Shown: positions 51,816-62,326, counted from the first letter of the stretch. The stretch is 64,000 bases of DNA from Armatimonadota bacterium (GCA_963677485.1 OY781964.1:64001-128000), one strand, 5' to 3'. Notes: generated from the sequence alone by a model not told the origin. Numbers and translations are program-made.

Positions 51816-54410
51816 TTATGCCGATTGTAGACTCACTATACCCCATTGTTGTTTCATATCAACGGAGGCCAAACATCCACACCACCTCGGCTTAAACACA
51901 TCCTCGGTAAAAGTGATCTCCCCCGACGCTGGAAGGGGCTTGTCAATCCGATGGCCGGCCCATTCGACGGTCACGTGCGTCCGATATGACGTGACCTTCA
52001 TTCTCACCCCGCGAAATACCAGGTTCTCTACACCAGCGTACTTCAGCTCCGAAGGCAGGTTTGGGCGTATATGCAGACCGTCTATATCCACCCGTAAACC
52101 CACCACGCCATACAGGAACGCACAGGGAGCCAGACCGCTTTCGGGGAACTCACCCCAAACCCCAACCGACCCAGGTCCGTAGGGACCGTCACCACGGTTG
52201 TCGATCTCCCCACGATACATGGGATTTCCTCCGCACAGCTTGTCAGGCATATCGTAGCGTGCCAGTATCTGCTTGAATCTGCGCCAGGAGTTGTCGGCTC
52301 CCAGATATTTGGCGCGCGACATCAGCTCATAGAAGGCGGTCCACAAAATGGCGCCGCCGTCCTCGCACCACTCATCGTATTTCAACCGATTCGCCTGTTC
52401 AGTGCAGGCGATGGTATTCGACCGTGGTGCGAATACCCAGCGGGTGAATGTGTCGGCCGCGCCAGATGATGTCGGCTGGTTTTCCATCCAGTCATACATA
52501 CGCTTGACCTGCTGCTGATCCGCCAATCCGTAGGTCGCGGCGATGGTGTTCACATAGGTCATACCCCAGTCATGCTTTGCGCCGCTCGAATCCACCCAGC
52601 TAATGTAGCGTCCTTTGGCATCATCCCAGAAAGTCTTGTTGAACTGCTGCTTGGCCACAACAACCAGACGATCCAGCTCATCAGCCCTTGCCGTGTTGCC
52701 TGCAGCCCGTTCGAGTTCCGCCGAAGCGTGCAAAGCAGGGGCGTAGAACGCGTTGATGTAGGCGTCGCGATATCCCGTGGGGATGCAGTCGAAATAACTG
52801 CTGGGGTTCGTGAAGCCTTGCGGAACCGTAATGCCCGTATGCTGCGGACTGTGGATCGTCAGCACGCCAGAACGGCCATCCTGCACGTCCAACAGGTAGT
52901 CGGTCGCCTTGCGCACGGTCGCAATGGTCGCATTCAAGTATGCCTTGTCGCCTGTCCACGAAAAGATGTCCCAGCACGCCAGGATGAATGGGCAGTTGTT
53001 GTCGTAGTGACGGTTATCATTCGTCGGCGAATCACCGTTCCATCCGCGTGAATCGGGCCGGCTCCAGATGTAGCCATCGGGGTCACAGCGGTTGGTGTAG
53101 AACTGCACCACATTCCGAAACCCTGTATGCTCAGGACCTCCGATCCACGATAGCTTGAGCGCATCAAACTCGTATGTGGACGGACACGAGGTATTCCAAA
53201 ACAAGAAGGTCTTCATGAAGCGATCCATAACATCGCTGGTTTTCTTATCCGAGGTAAAAAACCGCGGGTAGGTGTCAGGCAGAACATCGCTGTTTGGCAG
53301 CACCTGAAGGCGCGACTTCGGACCTAAAAGCATATGCATGCGGTCAGGTTCCATGTGCGTTTCCAGCCCTGTACGGCTGTGGCTGATCTTCAAGTCGTAC
53401 CCGCCGGTACCTCTCAGGCGAGCCCACTTGCTCTCCCGAAGCAGGTTCCAGTCGGACTCGTTGCGCTTGAACGCCTCCACAGGAAACCAGAACCCGCTAT
53501 CGGTGGTCAGGTAGCGAAAAGGCGTGGTGGCGAGATTGGTGGTATCATACCCATCCCTCGTCCATGGAAAGCTCAAGGCCAGCGCAGGGGTAAACGTCTT
53601 GATGGTATGCTGTCGGAGATTATACGAACATAGCAGCTCATTACCATGCAGGCGCAGCTCCCAGTCGAGTGTGCCCACATCTGCCAGATCATATCCAAAC
53701 ACCCAGTCTTTACCCGGCTGAGCTTTCCCAGACACATACGCCATGCCACCTTGGTATGTGTCGGTGTTGCATCCCCACCAGTAGGCACCGCCGCTCTTCT
53801 CACCCACTTCCAAATAGTAGGCACCAGGCGGCAGAGGCTTCGACAGGCCGATCCGCACCATCGCCTGTTCAGGCAGCGGCTTCACAAGGCGTGAAGCAAC
53901 GATCTGCCCGGCAGGCCCATCCTTGCGTAAGACCATCCTGACCGACGAATTATCCACCCCGCTGCAGGTAAGCTGCGCCCACACATCGCTTAGCCAGCCG
54001 CCTCCTGCAGGAACCGTAAAGCGCTGACCAAGCGAGCCGCCCACCGGCAGGTCCTCACCGTGATCCCATGGCCCCGGATATCCACCTTTCGCAGCTCCGG
54101 GGATACAGTACCGTGATCCGTTGATACGCACCCCTCCGGGTTTGATCTCTGCACGCCCATTCGATGTCATCCCGTAGGCACCAATCATCGTCTGGCCCGG
54201 CTTATACCGGCCTTTGCCAGACGCATCGAAGCGAACTGATACCCGTTGCTCGCTGTCTACACTCAGCCGGATATACGGGTTCTGCACCACGCGGGCACCG
54301 CCCTGCGTGAGCGCGTTCTTGGTGCCGCGGATCGGGGCAGCCACCAACTGAACTGCCAGCATCACTAGCAGCATGATGATGCCGTAACGCCTTGTTAACG
54401 CCCATTCCAT
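51816..54410 (-). CDS. Secreted glycoside hydrolase, (alpha/alpha)6-barrel type, family uncertain
   Basis: Signal peptide; DNN..FIL, W.GD..YL, SSYFD, DAY.NA, FNKTFWD...GRY. Confidence 0.7.
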   Translation of the reverse strand: MEWALTRRYGIIMLLVMLAVQLVAAPIRGTKNALTQGGARVVQNPYIRLSVDSEQRVSVRFDASGKGRYKPGQTMIGAYGMTSNGRAEIKPGGVRINGSRYCIPGAAKGGYPGPWDHGEDLPVGGSLGQRFTVPAGGGWLSDVWAQLTCSGVDNSSVRMVLRKDGPAGQIVASRLVKPLPEQAMVRIGLSKPLPPGAYYLEVGEKSGGAYWWGCNTDTYQGGMAYVSGKAQPGKDWVFGYDLADVGTLDWELRLHGNELLCSYNLRQHTIKTFTPALALSFPWTRDGYDTTNLATTPFRYLTTDSGFWFPVEAFKRNESDWNLLRESKWARLRGTGGYDLKISHSRTGLETHMEPDRMHMLLGPKSRLQVLPNSDVLPDTYPRFFTSDKKTSDVMDRFMKTFLFWNTSCPSTYEFDALKLSWIGGPEHTGFRNVVQFYTNRCDPDGYIWSRPDSRGWNGDSPTNDNRHYDNNCPFILACWDIFSWTGDKAYLNATIATVRKATDYLLDVQDGRSGVLTIHSPQHTGITVPQGFTNPSSYFDCIPTGYRDAYINAFYAPALHASAELERAAGNTARADELDRLVVVAKQQFNKTFWDDAKGRYISWVDSSGAKHDWGMTYVNTIAATYGLADQQQVKRMYDWMENQPTSSGAADTFTRWVFAPRSNTIACTEQANRLKYDEWCEDGGAILWTAFYELMSRAKYLGADNSWRRFKQILARYDMPDKLCGGNPMYRGEIDNRGDGPYGPGSVGVWGEFPESGLAPCAFLYGVVGLRVDIDGLHIRPNLPSELKYAGVENLVFRGVRMKVTSYRTHVTVEWAGHRIDKPLPASGEITFTEDVFKPRWCGCLASVDMKQQWGIVSLQSA

Positions 54411-54415
54411 GCTGC

Positions 54416-55495
54416 CTATCGGTAATACCCATCACGCATCGCGGTTTCGTACATCGCCACCACATTTTCGGTCGGGGAGTTATCCTGCAAAGCATGGGTC
54501 GGAGCAAAGCAATAGCCGCCTCCTGGCATCATGATCTCCAGCGTGCGGCGGCAGTCCTCTTCCACGCCCTTCACGCTGCCGTTGGCGACTGGTCCTGCGG
54601 TGCTGATACATCCGTGAAACGCCAGCCGTCCGCCGAAGTGCGACTTCAAATACTCAGGCGACATATTCGTCGCCTCCGGCTGCAGCGTGTCGACCACCGT
54701 GACACCCATCTCAATGTAGTCCTCATAGGACCAACTGCTGGAACCGCAGGTATGCATCATCACATGCAGACCATAGCTCTTCGCCATGTCGATGAACGGT
54801 TGATGCCGAGGCCGAATATGCTTGCGGAACAGCTCCAGGCTGATCAACGGATTCTTCTGAGTGCCCAGGTCCTCACCCATCCAGGCGATGTCGATGCCGC
54901 CCTTCGACGCCTCGATGGTGCGGCGGGCCACTTCAAGCTGTATCTCCAACCGACGGTCGATGTACCTCAGCCCCGCTTCATCGTCAGTGATAAGGTCGAC
55001 AAGCGTCTGTTCCATCGTGCGTATCATCCCAGTGGCGTTGATCACATCAGGCATGCAGCCCACTGTGACACCATATTGGGAATAGAATTTGCAGGTTTCT
55101 TCCACCCGTGAATAGTCATAGTCATCAGGTGAGGGCATCGGCCAGGCCTCAATCTCCTCCAGCTCCGCATACTGCAGAGGGAAGTCGCAGTAGTCCCAAT
55201 ATCCGCCGCTCGCGTGCTCAATCCGACGCATCCGGATGCCGAAGGTCGGGTCGACATATCGGTCTGGCAGTTCAGGGTGCAGCCGCGGCCCAACATATGG
55301 AGCCCCCACTCCGCGGAAGTCGACGTTCAGAGCTTGCAGCAGCCCCTCGCCATCGCCCGGTTCCAGACCAAAGTGTTTCTTCAACCTGGTATCGATGCCT
55401 GGGTTAGCGAGGTAGTTGATAGGCACCCTGTCCGCCTCTTGGTTAGCCAGCGTGGTGAGCACCCGTTGCTTCGAATTTGTGATTTTGGTCGGCAT
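54416..55495 (-). CDS. Uroporphyrinogen decarboxylase (URO-D/MtaA) family protein
   Basis: DRVP, GEDLGTQ, HTCGSS, LQPEA, GGYCFAPTH. Confidence 0.85.
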   Translation of the reverse strand: MPTKITNSKQRVLTTLANQEADRVPINYLANPGIDTRLKKHFGLEPGDGEGLLQALNVDFRGVGAPYVGPRLHPELPDRYVDPTFGIRMRRIEHASGGYWDYCDFPLQYAELEEIEAWPMPSPDDYDYSRVEETCKFYSQYGVTVGCMPDVINATGMIRTMEQTLVDLITDDEAGLRYIDRRLEIQLEVARRTIEASKGGIDIAWMGEDLGTQKNPLISLELFRKHIRPRHQPFIDMAKSYGLHVMMHTCGSSSWSYEDYIEMGVTVVDTLQPEATNMSPEYLKSHFGGRLAFHGCISTAGPVANGSVKGVEEDCRRTLEIMMPGGGYCFAPTHALQDNSPTENVVAMYETAMRDGYYR

Positions 55496-55545
55496 TGGTT
55501 ATCTCCATTACTATTTTTGCATTGAGGGTTAAAAAGATGGATGCA

Positions 55546-57054
55546 TCACACCTGTGCTACGAATGTCACCACCGAGCGTGCAGGTAAAATCAGACTTCCT
55601 GACGACACTGAATTATGGCGAAGGTCGTCGGTCGCTGATGTCGTGTAAGTGTTAAACTTACGGCCTCGGACGGTGGTCTTGACATTGAACGGCATGACCT
55701 CTTTGGTGTAGTTGATGGCCACGATCACCAGTTGCCTGCTCCTCCGGTCCATGTACGCTGATGCCATCACAGATGTGGCCTGCTCCAACAATGAACGACC
55801 ATCATCAAGCTCGAGTTCCACGCGAACCATTCCGGGCTTTACGAACCGCGAATAATTGCCCATAGCCCACAGAATCTTCGATGGCATCAGCTTGCCGTTG
55901 AGTTGAAGTTCCGCACGGTTTCCTGAGCGTGTGCCAGTGTAGTTTTCTTCATAGTCTAGATAGATTAGTCCGTCCTTGTAGTCAGATTCAGACAACGCGG
56001 TCCACCATGACCAATGGGTCGCGTTAGCAATCACGAGGTCATGATGGATGACACGGGCAACGTATAGAGCTGTGTCAATACCCAGGTCACGACCGGAGCC
56101 TTGACCGACGTCATCATTCTTCTCCATCACACAGAACTCCGATTGCCAGAATGCCATCTTTGGGTCAATCTCGGCGATGCGTCTGCTCAGTTTCTGCCGT
56201 GCTGATATAAGACTTGCGACTGGCCAACTCGTCCAATAGCTGTGTCCAGAGGTTGCATGCTCCACGTTTGGCAGTTTACCGAGATAATACGGTGAGGACG
56301 GATCCCAAAACGACCTGATCTGGTCACTGCGGCTGGTGCCCGACTTTGTGCCCGTAAGGTATTCGATATCACCCGCTTCACCTAGAATGACCTTACTAGT
56401 CAGTTTTCTATCATGTAAGCCTTCCGCTACCATCTGGGTGATCACATGCATCTCCGCGTTACTGGCAGGTGTGCCCTCCTGCGACCCGGATTCCCATCCC
56501 CACTGTGGTTCATTGACAGGGCTGACATAGTCAATCTGTGTGCCTGTGCGATGGAAATGATCGACCACATCCACCAGATACCTGGCAAAATCCGGCATCT
56601 TATCGGCACAGATGTTCATCGAGTTTCGACCCGGGTCTGAGTAGGCCTTGCCGTTCAAGCTGTATTGGACAGGTGCAGCATTAGGAAACGCCAGTAGATA
56701 CTCCACACCACGGCTCGTGGCTGCATCCAGAAACCAGCGCTGTCCCTTACACTTGCTCCAGTCGTAGGAACCATTGGGGTTCAAAAAGCACTCAGCCCGG
56801 CGCCAGGTGTCACCAATGCCACTCGCATCTCCTTGCTCTTGGCTGCCGGCCCCCAGATAGAACCGCCACATTGACAGGCCGATACCTTTCGGATTGCCAT
56901 CGGCGTCTACCTTCCTGCTGAACAGGAGGTCTGCGATGGCCCTTCGTTTATCCTCAGGCCAATTCATACCGACGAAACCACACCGCCAGGCATCGGACGC
57001 ACCGAAGCTATGAATCGTCTGCCTTGTTTTCTGCAGGTCTACGGCGATATTCAC
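55546..57054 (-). CDS. GH30 glycoside hydrolase (endo-beta-1,6-galactanase-like subfamily)
   Basis: FGASDAW, GIGLSMWRF..GAGS, SPVNEPQW, WQSEFC, WSWWTA. Confidence 0.85.
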   Translation of the reverse strand: MNIAVDLQKTRQTIHSFGASDAWRCGFVGMNWPEDKRRAIADLLFSRKVDADGNPKGIGLSMWRFYLGAGSQEQGDASGIGDTWRRAECFLNPNGSYDWSKCKGQRWFLDAATSRGVEYLLAFPNAAPVQYSLNGKAYSDPGRNSMNICADKMPDFARYLVDVVDHFHRTGTQIDYVSPVNEPQWGWESGSQEGTPASNAEMHVITQMVAEGLHDRKLTSKVILGEAGDIEYLTGTKSGTSRSDQIRSFWDPSSPYYLGKLPNVEHATSGHSYWTSWPVASLISARQKLSRRIAEIDPKMAFWQSEFCVMEKNDDVGQGSGRDLGIDTALYVARVIHHDLVIANATHWSWWTALSESDYKDGLIYLDYEENYTGTRSGNRAELQLNGKLMPSKILWAMGNYSRFVKPGMVRVELELDDGRSLLEQATSVMASAYMDRRSRQLVIVAINYTKEVMPFNVKTTVRGRKFNTYTTSATDDLRHNSVSSGSLILPARSVVTFVAQV

Positions 57055-57081
57055 GAGTGATTAAACCTCGGTATCATGCGT

Positions 57082-58182
57082 CTAGGCAACTGGTGCTCTC
57101 CAGTCGAATGAACACGGCTGGTCGGGAAACGGGTTCTGGTCCAAACCGGCTGGTCGAGGCTTTCCGCAAAGCTTCCATTCCATGAAGTCCAGGAAGCACC
57201 GCCAGTCCTCTTCGCTGTGTTCATGCTCTCCTTCGCGGTAGTGAATCGCCAGGTTGGGTTCAACCTCAAGTAAGCGGTAGACCTCGCGTGTGGCCAGATG
57301 CGTCTGCCAGGTGCCCGAGGGGTTGGCCCAGAGGTCACCCAACGCCTCGGTGGTCAGCAAAGCCCGCGGAGCGACTGCCGACTTCAGGTAGTGCTGGTCA
57401 AACGGCAGCTCCGTCTCACGGCCAAGATAATCACCCAGTTTCGGCCCGTACCAGTAAGGAAACGCACGGAGCGAATCGGACAGGTGCTCCGAGTTCGGCC
57501 CCTGCCAGCGGTAGCACCCGGCACCCCCGGCACCCGATCCATTGGCGGAAGTCAGCACAATCCGTTCGTCGGTGGCACCGGCCAGCAGCGTTGTTTTCCC
57601 ACCGCGCGAGTGACCCACGATCGCGATGCGTTCCGCATCAACGGTGTCCAAGTGCAACAGCGCATCAATGCAGCGGTGATAGCCCCAGGCCCATGCCGAA
57701 AGCGCGCCGTATTTACCCGGGTAGATGGGGTAAATCCCCTGGTCGCGTTCTGAGTTATTCATGTCGGGCGCGATCTCAACCCTGTTGAACTGCGCCAGGA
57801 TCATCCCGCGGTTCACCACTTCCATGGCCAGCTTGTCGGTCACGTAACGCCAGCAGGCATCACCGGTCAACACCACAGGGAAAGGTCCTGCACCGGCTGG
57901 GATATGAAGGGTCATCAAGAACGAGAACCGCTTGTCACCCTCGCACACAACACGGCACGACAAGAACCGCGCACCAGGCATCCAGCGAATCTGTGAGACA
58001 TGCAGTATCTCCAGAGCGGTGGATTCTGGCGTTGTCGGCATATCACCATACTCAATATCGACTACTGTATCAAGCAGCTCTTTCCGCCGTTTCGGCCAGT
58101 CGTCTTTACAGACCACTGGTATACCATCATTAAACACAAAAGGATTTGGCAGCTCTACAGATTTTTTGGCACCCAATGTCAT
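57082..58182 (-). CDS. CE15 glucuronoyl esterase-like alpha/beta hydrolase
   Basis: GALSAWAWG, GHSRGGK, SGAGG, LPFDQH, APRALL, DLWANP.G. Confidence 0.85.
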   Translation of the reverse strand: MTLGAKKSVELPNPFVFNDGIPVVCKDDWPKRRKELLDTVVDIEYGDMPTTPESTALEILHVSQIRWMPGARFLSCRVVCEGDKRFSFLMTLHIPAGAGPFPVVLTGDACWRYVTDKLAMEVVNRGMILAQFNRVEIAPDMNNSERDQGIYPIYPGKYGALSAWAWGYHRCIDALLHLDTVDAERIAIVGHSRGGKTTLLAGATDERIVLTSANGSGAGGAGCYRWQGPNSEHLSDSLRAFPYWYGPKLGDYLGRETELPFDQHYLKSAVAPRALLTTEALGDLWANPSGTWQTHLATREVYRLLEVEPNLAIHYREGEHEHSEEDWRCFLDFMEWKLCGKPRPAGLDQNPFPDQPCSFDWRAPVA

Positions 58183-58207
58183 GAACTCCTTGCGCTCCTT
58201 TGAACGA

Positions 58208-59146
58208 CTATAATCCCCGCTTGAACTTCGCGATCTCTTCCTTCAGAATCTTCAAGTAAAGGTGACCAAACTCTTTGCTTGGCTCCACATCCTTGCTGCC
58301 TTCTGCGCTGGGCTGTTCACCCTTTGTCCACTCGTTGAAGCTCACGACATTGCAGATTCGCGGTCCGATCTTGCGAACCCTGGCCCACTGTTCGCGGAAG
58401 GTCTGGCCGTTGCGACGGCCGGGGCTCTGCACGCTGTCATCATATTCCTTGCGATAGCAGGCCACACAAACCATGGCCTCTGCCGTGCCTTTATAAGGGG
58501 CGATGGTCTGAGGTCCACGGTCCTCCCAGCTCCAGTACCCGTATCTACTGATCGTTTTGGTTTCGTCCATCAGGTAAGGCTGCTGGGTGATGAAACCCGT
58601 CATCCATCGCACGGTAAACTTAGGATGGTTCCACTTCGGTATTCCCGTTTGCCATGGAGTGGGTGTGTTCACATACACCACGAGAAGCGGCTTGCCAAGG
58701 TAATCCTGCATGATCTTGCGATACTTCGGGTCCTTACAGAACCATTCGTAGACCTGGTCTGCTTTAGCCGTGAGCTTGCCGTCATCGACCGCCTTCGGCC
58801 AATCGGGGCAGCCGATGAAGATGCTGATCTTGGGATGTTTCTTCATCTGAGAGTATTCCTCAAACATCACCTTGACGCTGTTCTCGATCATCTCAAAGTC
58901 CGTACGGCCTTTGGTCACCCCCGGCGTGTAGAGGACGTCGTTGCTCCAGTCCACCCACACGTAGTCCACGCCGGCTTCGGCAATCCACTCCGCGTGCTGC
59001 CTGATCACACGCCGGTCGTCGCTGCGGTAGTATCCCAGCTCAGGCGTGCCCCACACATTTTGCCAATTGGCGTCCTGAAACCAGGTGGAATAGGCCAGTC
59101 CTACCAGCCGGTCCTTGGGATTTGATGGTTTTAGAATCACAGACAT
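58208..59146 (-). CDS. GH99/GH71-like glycoside hydrolase (paralogue 1)
   Basis: PELGYYRSDD..VIRQHAEW..EAGVD...DW and VSFNEW. Confidence 0.65.
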   Translation of the reverse strand: MSVILKPSNPKDRLVGLAYSTWFQDANWQNVWGTPELGYYRSDDRRVIRQHAEWIAEAGVDYVWVDWSNDVLYTPGVTKGRTDFEMIENSVKVMFEEYSQMKKHPKISIFIGCPDWPKAVDDGKLTAKADQVYEWFCKDPKYRKIMQDYLGKPLLVVYVNTPTPWQTGIPKWNHPKFTVRWMTGFITQQPYLMDETKTISRYGYWSWEDRGPQTIAPYKGTAEAMVCVACYRKEYDDSVQSPGRRNGQTFREQWARVRKIGPRICNVVSFNEWTKGEQPSAEGSKDVEPSKEFGHLYLKILKEEIAKFKRGL

Positions 59147-59215
59147 TTTATTCCTCCGATAGGCACGTATGTGCGTTATGCTCCGTTGTGGTTGCTATTT
59201 ATGGCAAGACAAGGA

Positions 59216-60154
59216 CTATATCCCTTGTTTAAATCTGGCGATTTCTTCTTTCAGAATCTTCATGTACAGGTGTCCATACTCTTTGCTCGGTTCCAGGTCT
59301 TTGCTTCCTTCGGCACTGGGCTGCTCCCACAGAACCCACTCGTTGAAGCTCACCACATTGCAGATCCGCGGGCCCACCTTTCGGACTCTGGCCCACTGTT
59401 CGCGAAATGTCAGCCCGTTGCGACGACCGGGGCTTAGCACACTATCGTCATTTTCCTTACGATAACAGGCCACACAGACCATTGCTTCTGCCATGCCTTT
59501 GTAGGGGGCTATGGTCTGTGGTCCCCTGTCTTCCCAGCTCCAGTATCGATACTTACTGATGGTTTTGGTCTCGTCCATCAAGTTGGGCTGCTGGGTGATG
59601 AACCCGGTCATCCAGCGCACAGTAAAGGCAGGGTGATTCCACTTCGGCAATCCGGTGGGAAACGGGTTTGGGGTTCCTGTATATACCACTAGCAAGGGCT
59701 TGCTCAGGTAGTGCTGCATAATTCGGCGATATTTTGGTATCTTCAGGAACCAGTTCACAATTTGGTCTGCTTTACGTGTTAACGCGCCATCATCTAGTGA
59801 CTGAGGTGTTCCCGGGCACCCAATAAAGATGCTGATTTTGGGGTGTTTCTTCATCTTCGAGTATTCATCAAAAACCAGTTTGGTGCTATTCTCGATCATC
59901 TCAAAATCCGCACGGTTCTTTGTGATGCCAGGAGTATAAGCGACATCATTACTCCAGTCGATGTACACATAGTCCACACCCGCTTCGGTGATCCATTCCG
60001 CATGCTGTCGTATCACCTTGCGGTCATCGCTTCGGTAGAATCCTAGCTCAGGAGTCCCCCATACATCATGCCAATCGGCATCGAAGTGAGCCGTATTGTA
60101 AGCTAATCCCACCAGTCGATCTTTGGGGTTTGATGGTTTCGGCATGATAGACAT
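59216..60154 (-). CDS. GH99/GH71-like glycoside hydrolase (paralogue 2)
   Basis: Same motifs and same 939-nt length as the adjacent copy. Confidence 0.65.
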   Translation of the reverse strand: MSIMPKPSNPKDRLVGLAYNTAHFDADWHDVWGTPELGFYRSDDRKVIRQHAEWITEAGVDYVYIDWSNDVAYTPGITKNRADFEMIENSTKLVFDEYSKMKKHPKISIFIGCPGTPQSLDDGALTRKADQIVNWFLKIPKYRRIMQHYLSKPLLVVYTGTPNPFPTGLPKWNHPAFTVRWMTGFITQQPNLMDETKTISKYRYWSWEDRGPQTIAPYKGMAEAMVCVACYRKENDDSVLSPGRRNGLTFREQWARVRKVGPRICNVVSFNEWVLWEQPSAEGSKDLEPSKEYGHLYMKILKEEIARFKQGI

Positions 60155-60245
60155 AAAATTCCTCCGGTGTGGCACTTATACACTTAATATTCAGACAGAC
60201 ACGGCGGATATCCTGCATTCATACATCGACAAGTGAACCAAACGA

Positions 60246-60276
60246 AAGTGCCGACCGGAAAATCCGGTCGGCACTT
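60246..60276 (-). terminator. Rho-independent terminator
   Basis: AAGTGCCGACCGGA/TCCGGTCGGCACTT perfect inverted repeat, T-rich on the - strand. Confidence 0.7.
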
Positions 60277-60299
60277 GTAGTATTTCCACTAAAGCTCGG

Positions 60300-60842
60300 T
60301 TAGTCGTCTTCCCACTCGTCGGAATCGCCATCCGAACCCTCTCCGCCTTCCACAAGCCGACGGAACACCTCGTCCACCTTTTCCTTCTGGCTCTCCACCT
60401 TGTCAATGGCCACGGTAGGCGTGCAAGCCCCGTAAATCACATCCATCAAGGCAGGAAAGTAGCGGTCATGTGTGCTCAGGTTCGCCAGGATTGTGTCCTT
60501 AATCATGCGGTCAGTCAACCCGACATCAGGATCGACATCCATGCTGGATTTATACCGAATTTCGCCATCGGAGTAATCCATCTCGAAGTTGCCAATTAAC
60601 AGACCGTAGTTCGCGCGGGTGATCGCCTCTGATACCTCGTGCCGTTTCGCTTCTGGTGCTTTGATAGGGCAGAGTGAGTAAAACACGAAGCGTGCCTGCC
60701 CCTCGACGGCACGAGCAACGCAGTCGAATCTTACCTTATCTGCTCCCATGGGCAACAGGATGGTGTCCTTATCCTGCTTCTCAATGAAAGCAAGGTCGTT
60801 CGTCTCAAAGTGATGTTTCATCGAATCATAGATACGTGCCAT
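60300..60842 (-). CDS. YbjN domain protein
   Basis: AITRANYGL.IGNFEMD..DGEIRYK. Confidence 0.85.
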   Translation of the reverse strand: MARIYDSMKHHFETNDLAFIEKQDKDTILLPMGADKVRFDCVARAVEGQARFVFYSLCPIKAPEAKRHEVSEAITRANYGLLIGNFEMDYSDGEIRYKSSMDVDPDVGLTDRMIKDTILANLSTHDRYFPALMDVIYGACTPTVAIDKVESQKEKVDEVFRRLVEGGEGSDGDSDEWEDD

Positions 60843-60985
60843 AATGGTGCCCCTTTCCCGTTATCACAACGTGTTGTGCTTTGGGCCCCGAAAAATCTAT
60901 CTGTTACATATATATTGTGACTCACAGAGCAGCCAAAAGTATACACCTTTGGAAACAAATTACCACGAAGTTGTGTAATGATTTT

Positions 60986-61678
60986 CTAAGATGCCGATCG
61001 ACAGACATCAGCCAGCACACATTCCGCGCATCTAGGCCGAATTGCCTTGCATACCTCCCGTCCATGCCTTATCACTAGAATGTGATAAGGGTAGGCATCG
61101 GCGGGACTAATAATCGCTTGAAGGGCATCATGTGCCTTCCCTTCCCCGATTTTTGGTTCAATCAGACCCAGTCGCCAGCTCACGCGGAAGATGTGCGTGT
61201 CAACCGGAATCACATGACGGCCCATCGCAAAACATAGCACAATCGCCGCGGTCTTGGGGCCGACGCCCGGCAGTTGCATCAAATAACCGCGTGCGGTCGG
61301 GTCATCCATCGCCTCCAGGAAATCAAGGCTGATCCTGCCTTCCGGGTGGTAATGAGCGATCTGCGCCAGCACGGCTTGGATCCGCGGAGCTTTTTGGTTG
61401 GCAAGACCGCCGCTGCGAATCACGTCCGCAAGCTCGCTGCTGTCAGCATCGATGACCTGCTGCCACTCTGGATACCGCTTCTGAAGCTCCGCAAAGGCTT
61501 GAAGGCTGTTCATATCGCTGGTATGCTGGCTGAGGATACAGGCCACCAGCTCCTCCACTGGATTGAAGCGTGGAGCCCACACGGGCTTCCCCCACAGCTT
61601 CTGCAGGCGCTGTGAGCTGATGTGCGCCAGCTCCGATGGCGGGTGTAAGGGTGAACGAAGCTCGGTAGGGATGCGCAT
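60986..61678 (-). CDS. nth: Endonuclease III family HhH-GPD glycosylase
   Basis: ILSQHTSD, LPGVGPKTA, PVDTH, C-x6-C-x2-C-x5-C Fe-S motif. Confidence 0.9.
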   Translation of the reverse strand: MRIPTELRSPLHPPSELAHISSQRLQKLWGKPVWAPRFNPVEELVACILSQHTSDMNSLQAFAELQKRYPEWQQVIDADSSELADVIRSGGLANQKAPRIQAVLAQIAHYHPEGRISLDFLEAMDDPTARGYLMQLPGVGPKTAAIVLCFAMGRHVIPVDTHIFRVSWRLGLIEPKIGEGKAHDALQAIISPADAYPYHILVIRHGREVCKAIRPRCAECVLADVCRSAS

Positions 61679-61684
61679 TTTCTG

Positions 61685-62326
61685 CTAACCCCACATCGCG
61701 GGATTTGTCAGCATCTGTTGCAGCTTTTCGAAGTACCGGCCCACATGGATGCCGTCGGCTAACGCATGGTGAACCTGCACTGAAAATGGCATCAGCAATC
61801 TGCCGTCATGTTCGAAGTATTTGCCCCAAGAAATCCGTGGGATCGCATCGTCACGCTTTACGCTCATCGTGTGCGACAACATAGTGAATGAGACCCACGG
61901 GATACAGGTGATATACAACAAATCGTCACGCCCAGCGATCTCCTCAAACGGAAAATACCGCGTTTGATTTTCTGACTGTCTGCAGCACTTCGTCACAAAG
62001 GCACGGAAATCATCGTCGAGATCAACAGTCACCACCTTAAAAAGGTCCTCACTGGAGCTGGCGATGTCGGTGAATGATGGATGAACACGATCATGCAAAA
62101 CCACACGCCCGTCACGAATCCGGTAGCGAAATTCGTCAATCTGGTTTGCCACCACGCTGCTCACCCAGACCATGCTGTAGTAAAATGACAGTCCTGCGGT
62201 TTTGGTAAATGACTTAAAGTCAGTCACATCGACATTGGCGCAGATATTGTAGTGGGGTAAATCGGCTTGGGAAAACAGACCGAAATGCTCACGGCGTGGC
62301 CAGTCTGCTAAGTCAATTTCTTTCAT
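61685..62326 (-). CDS. Type A chloramphenicol acetyltransferase-like protein
   Basis: W.RREHF, IPWVSFT, P...WGKY, VHHALADG.H catalytic motif. Confidence 0.85.
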   Translation of the reverse strand: MKEIDLADWPRREHFGLFSQADLPHYNICANVDVTDFKSFTKTAGLSFYYSMVWVSSVVANQIDEFRYRIRDGRVVLHDRVHPSFTDIASSSEDLFKVVTVDLDDDFRAFVTKCCRQSENQTRYFPFEEIAGRDDLLYITCIPWVSFTMLSHTMSVKRDDAIPRISWGKYFEHDGRLLMPFSVQVHHALADGIHVGRYFEKLQQMLTNPAMWG

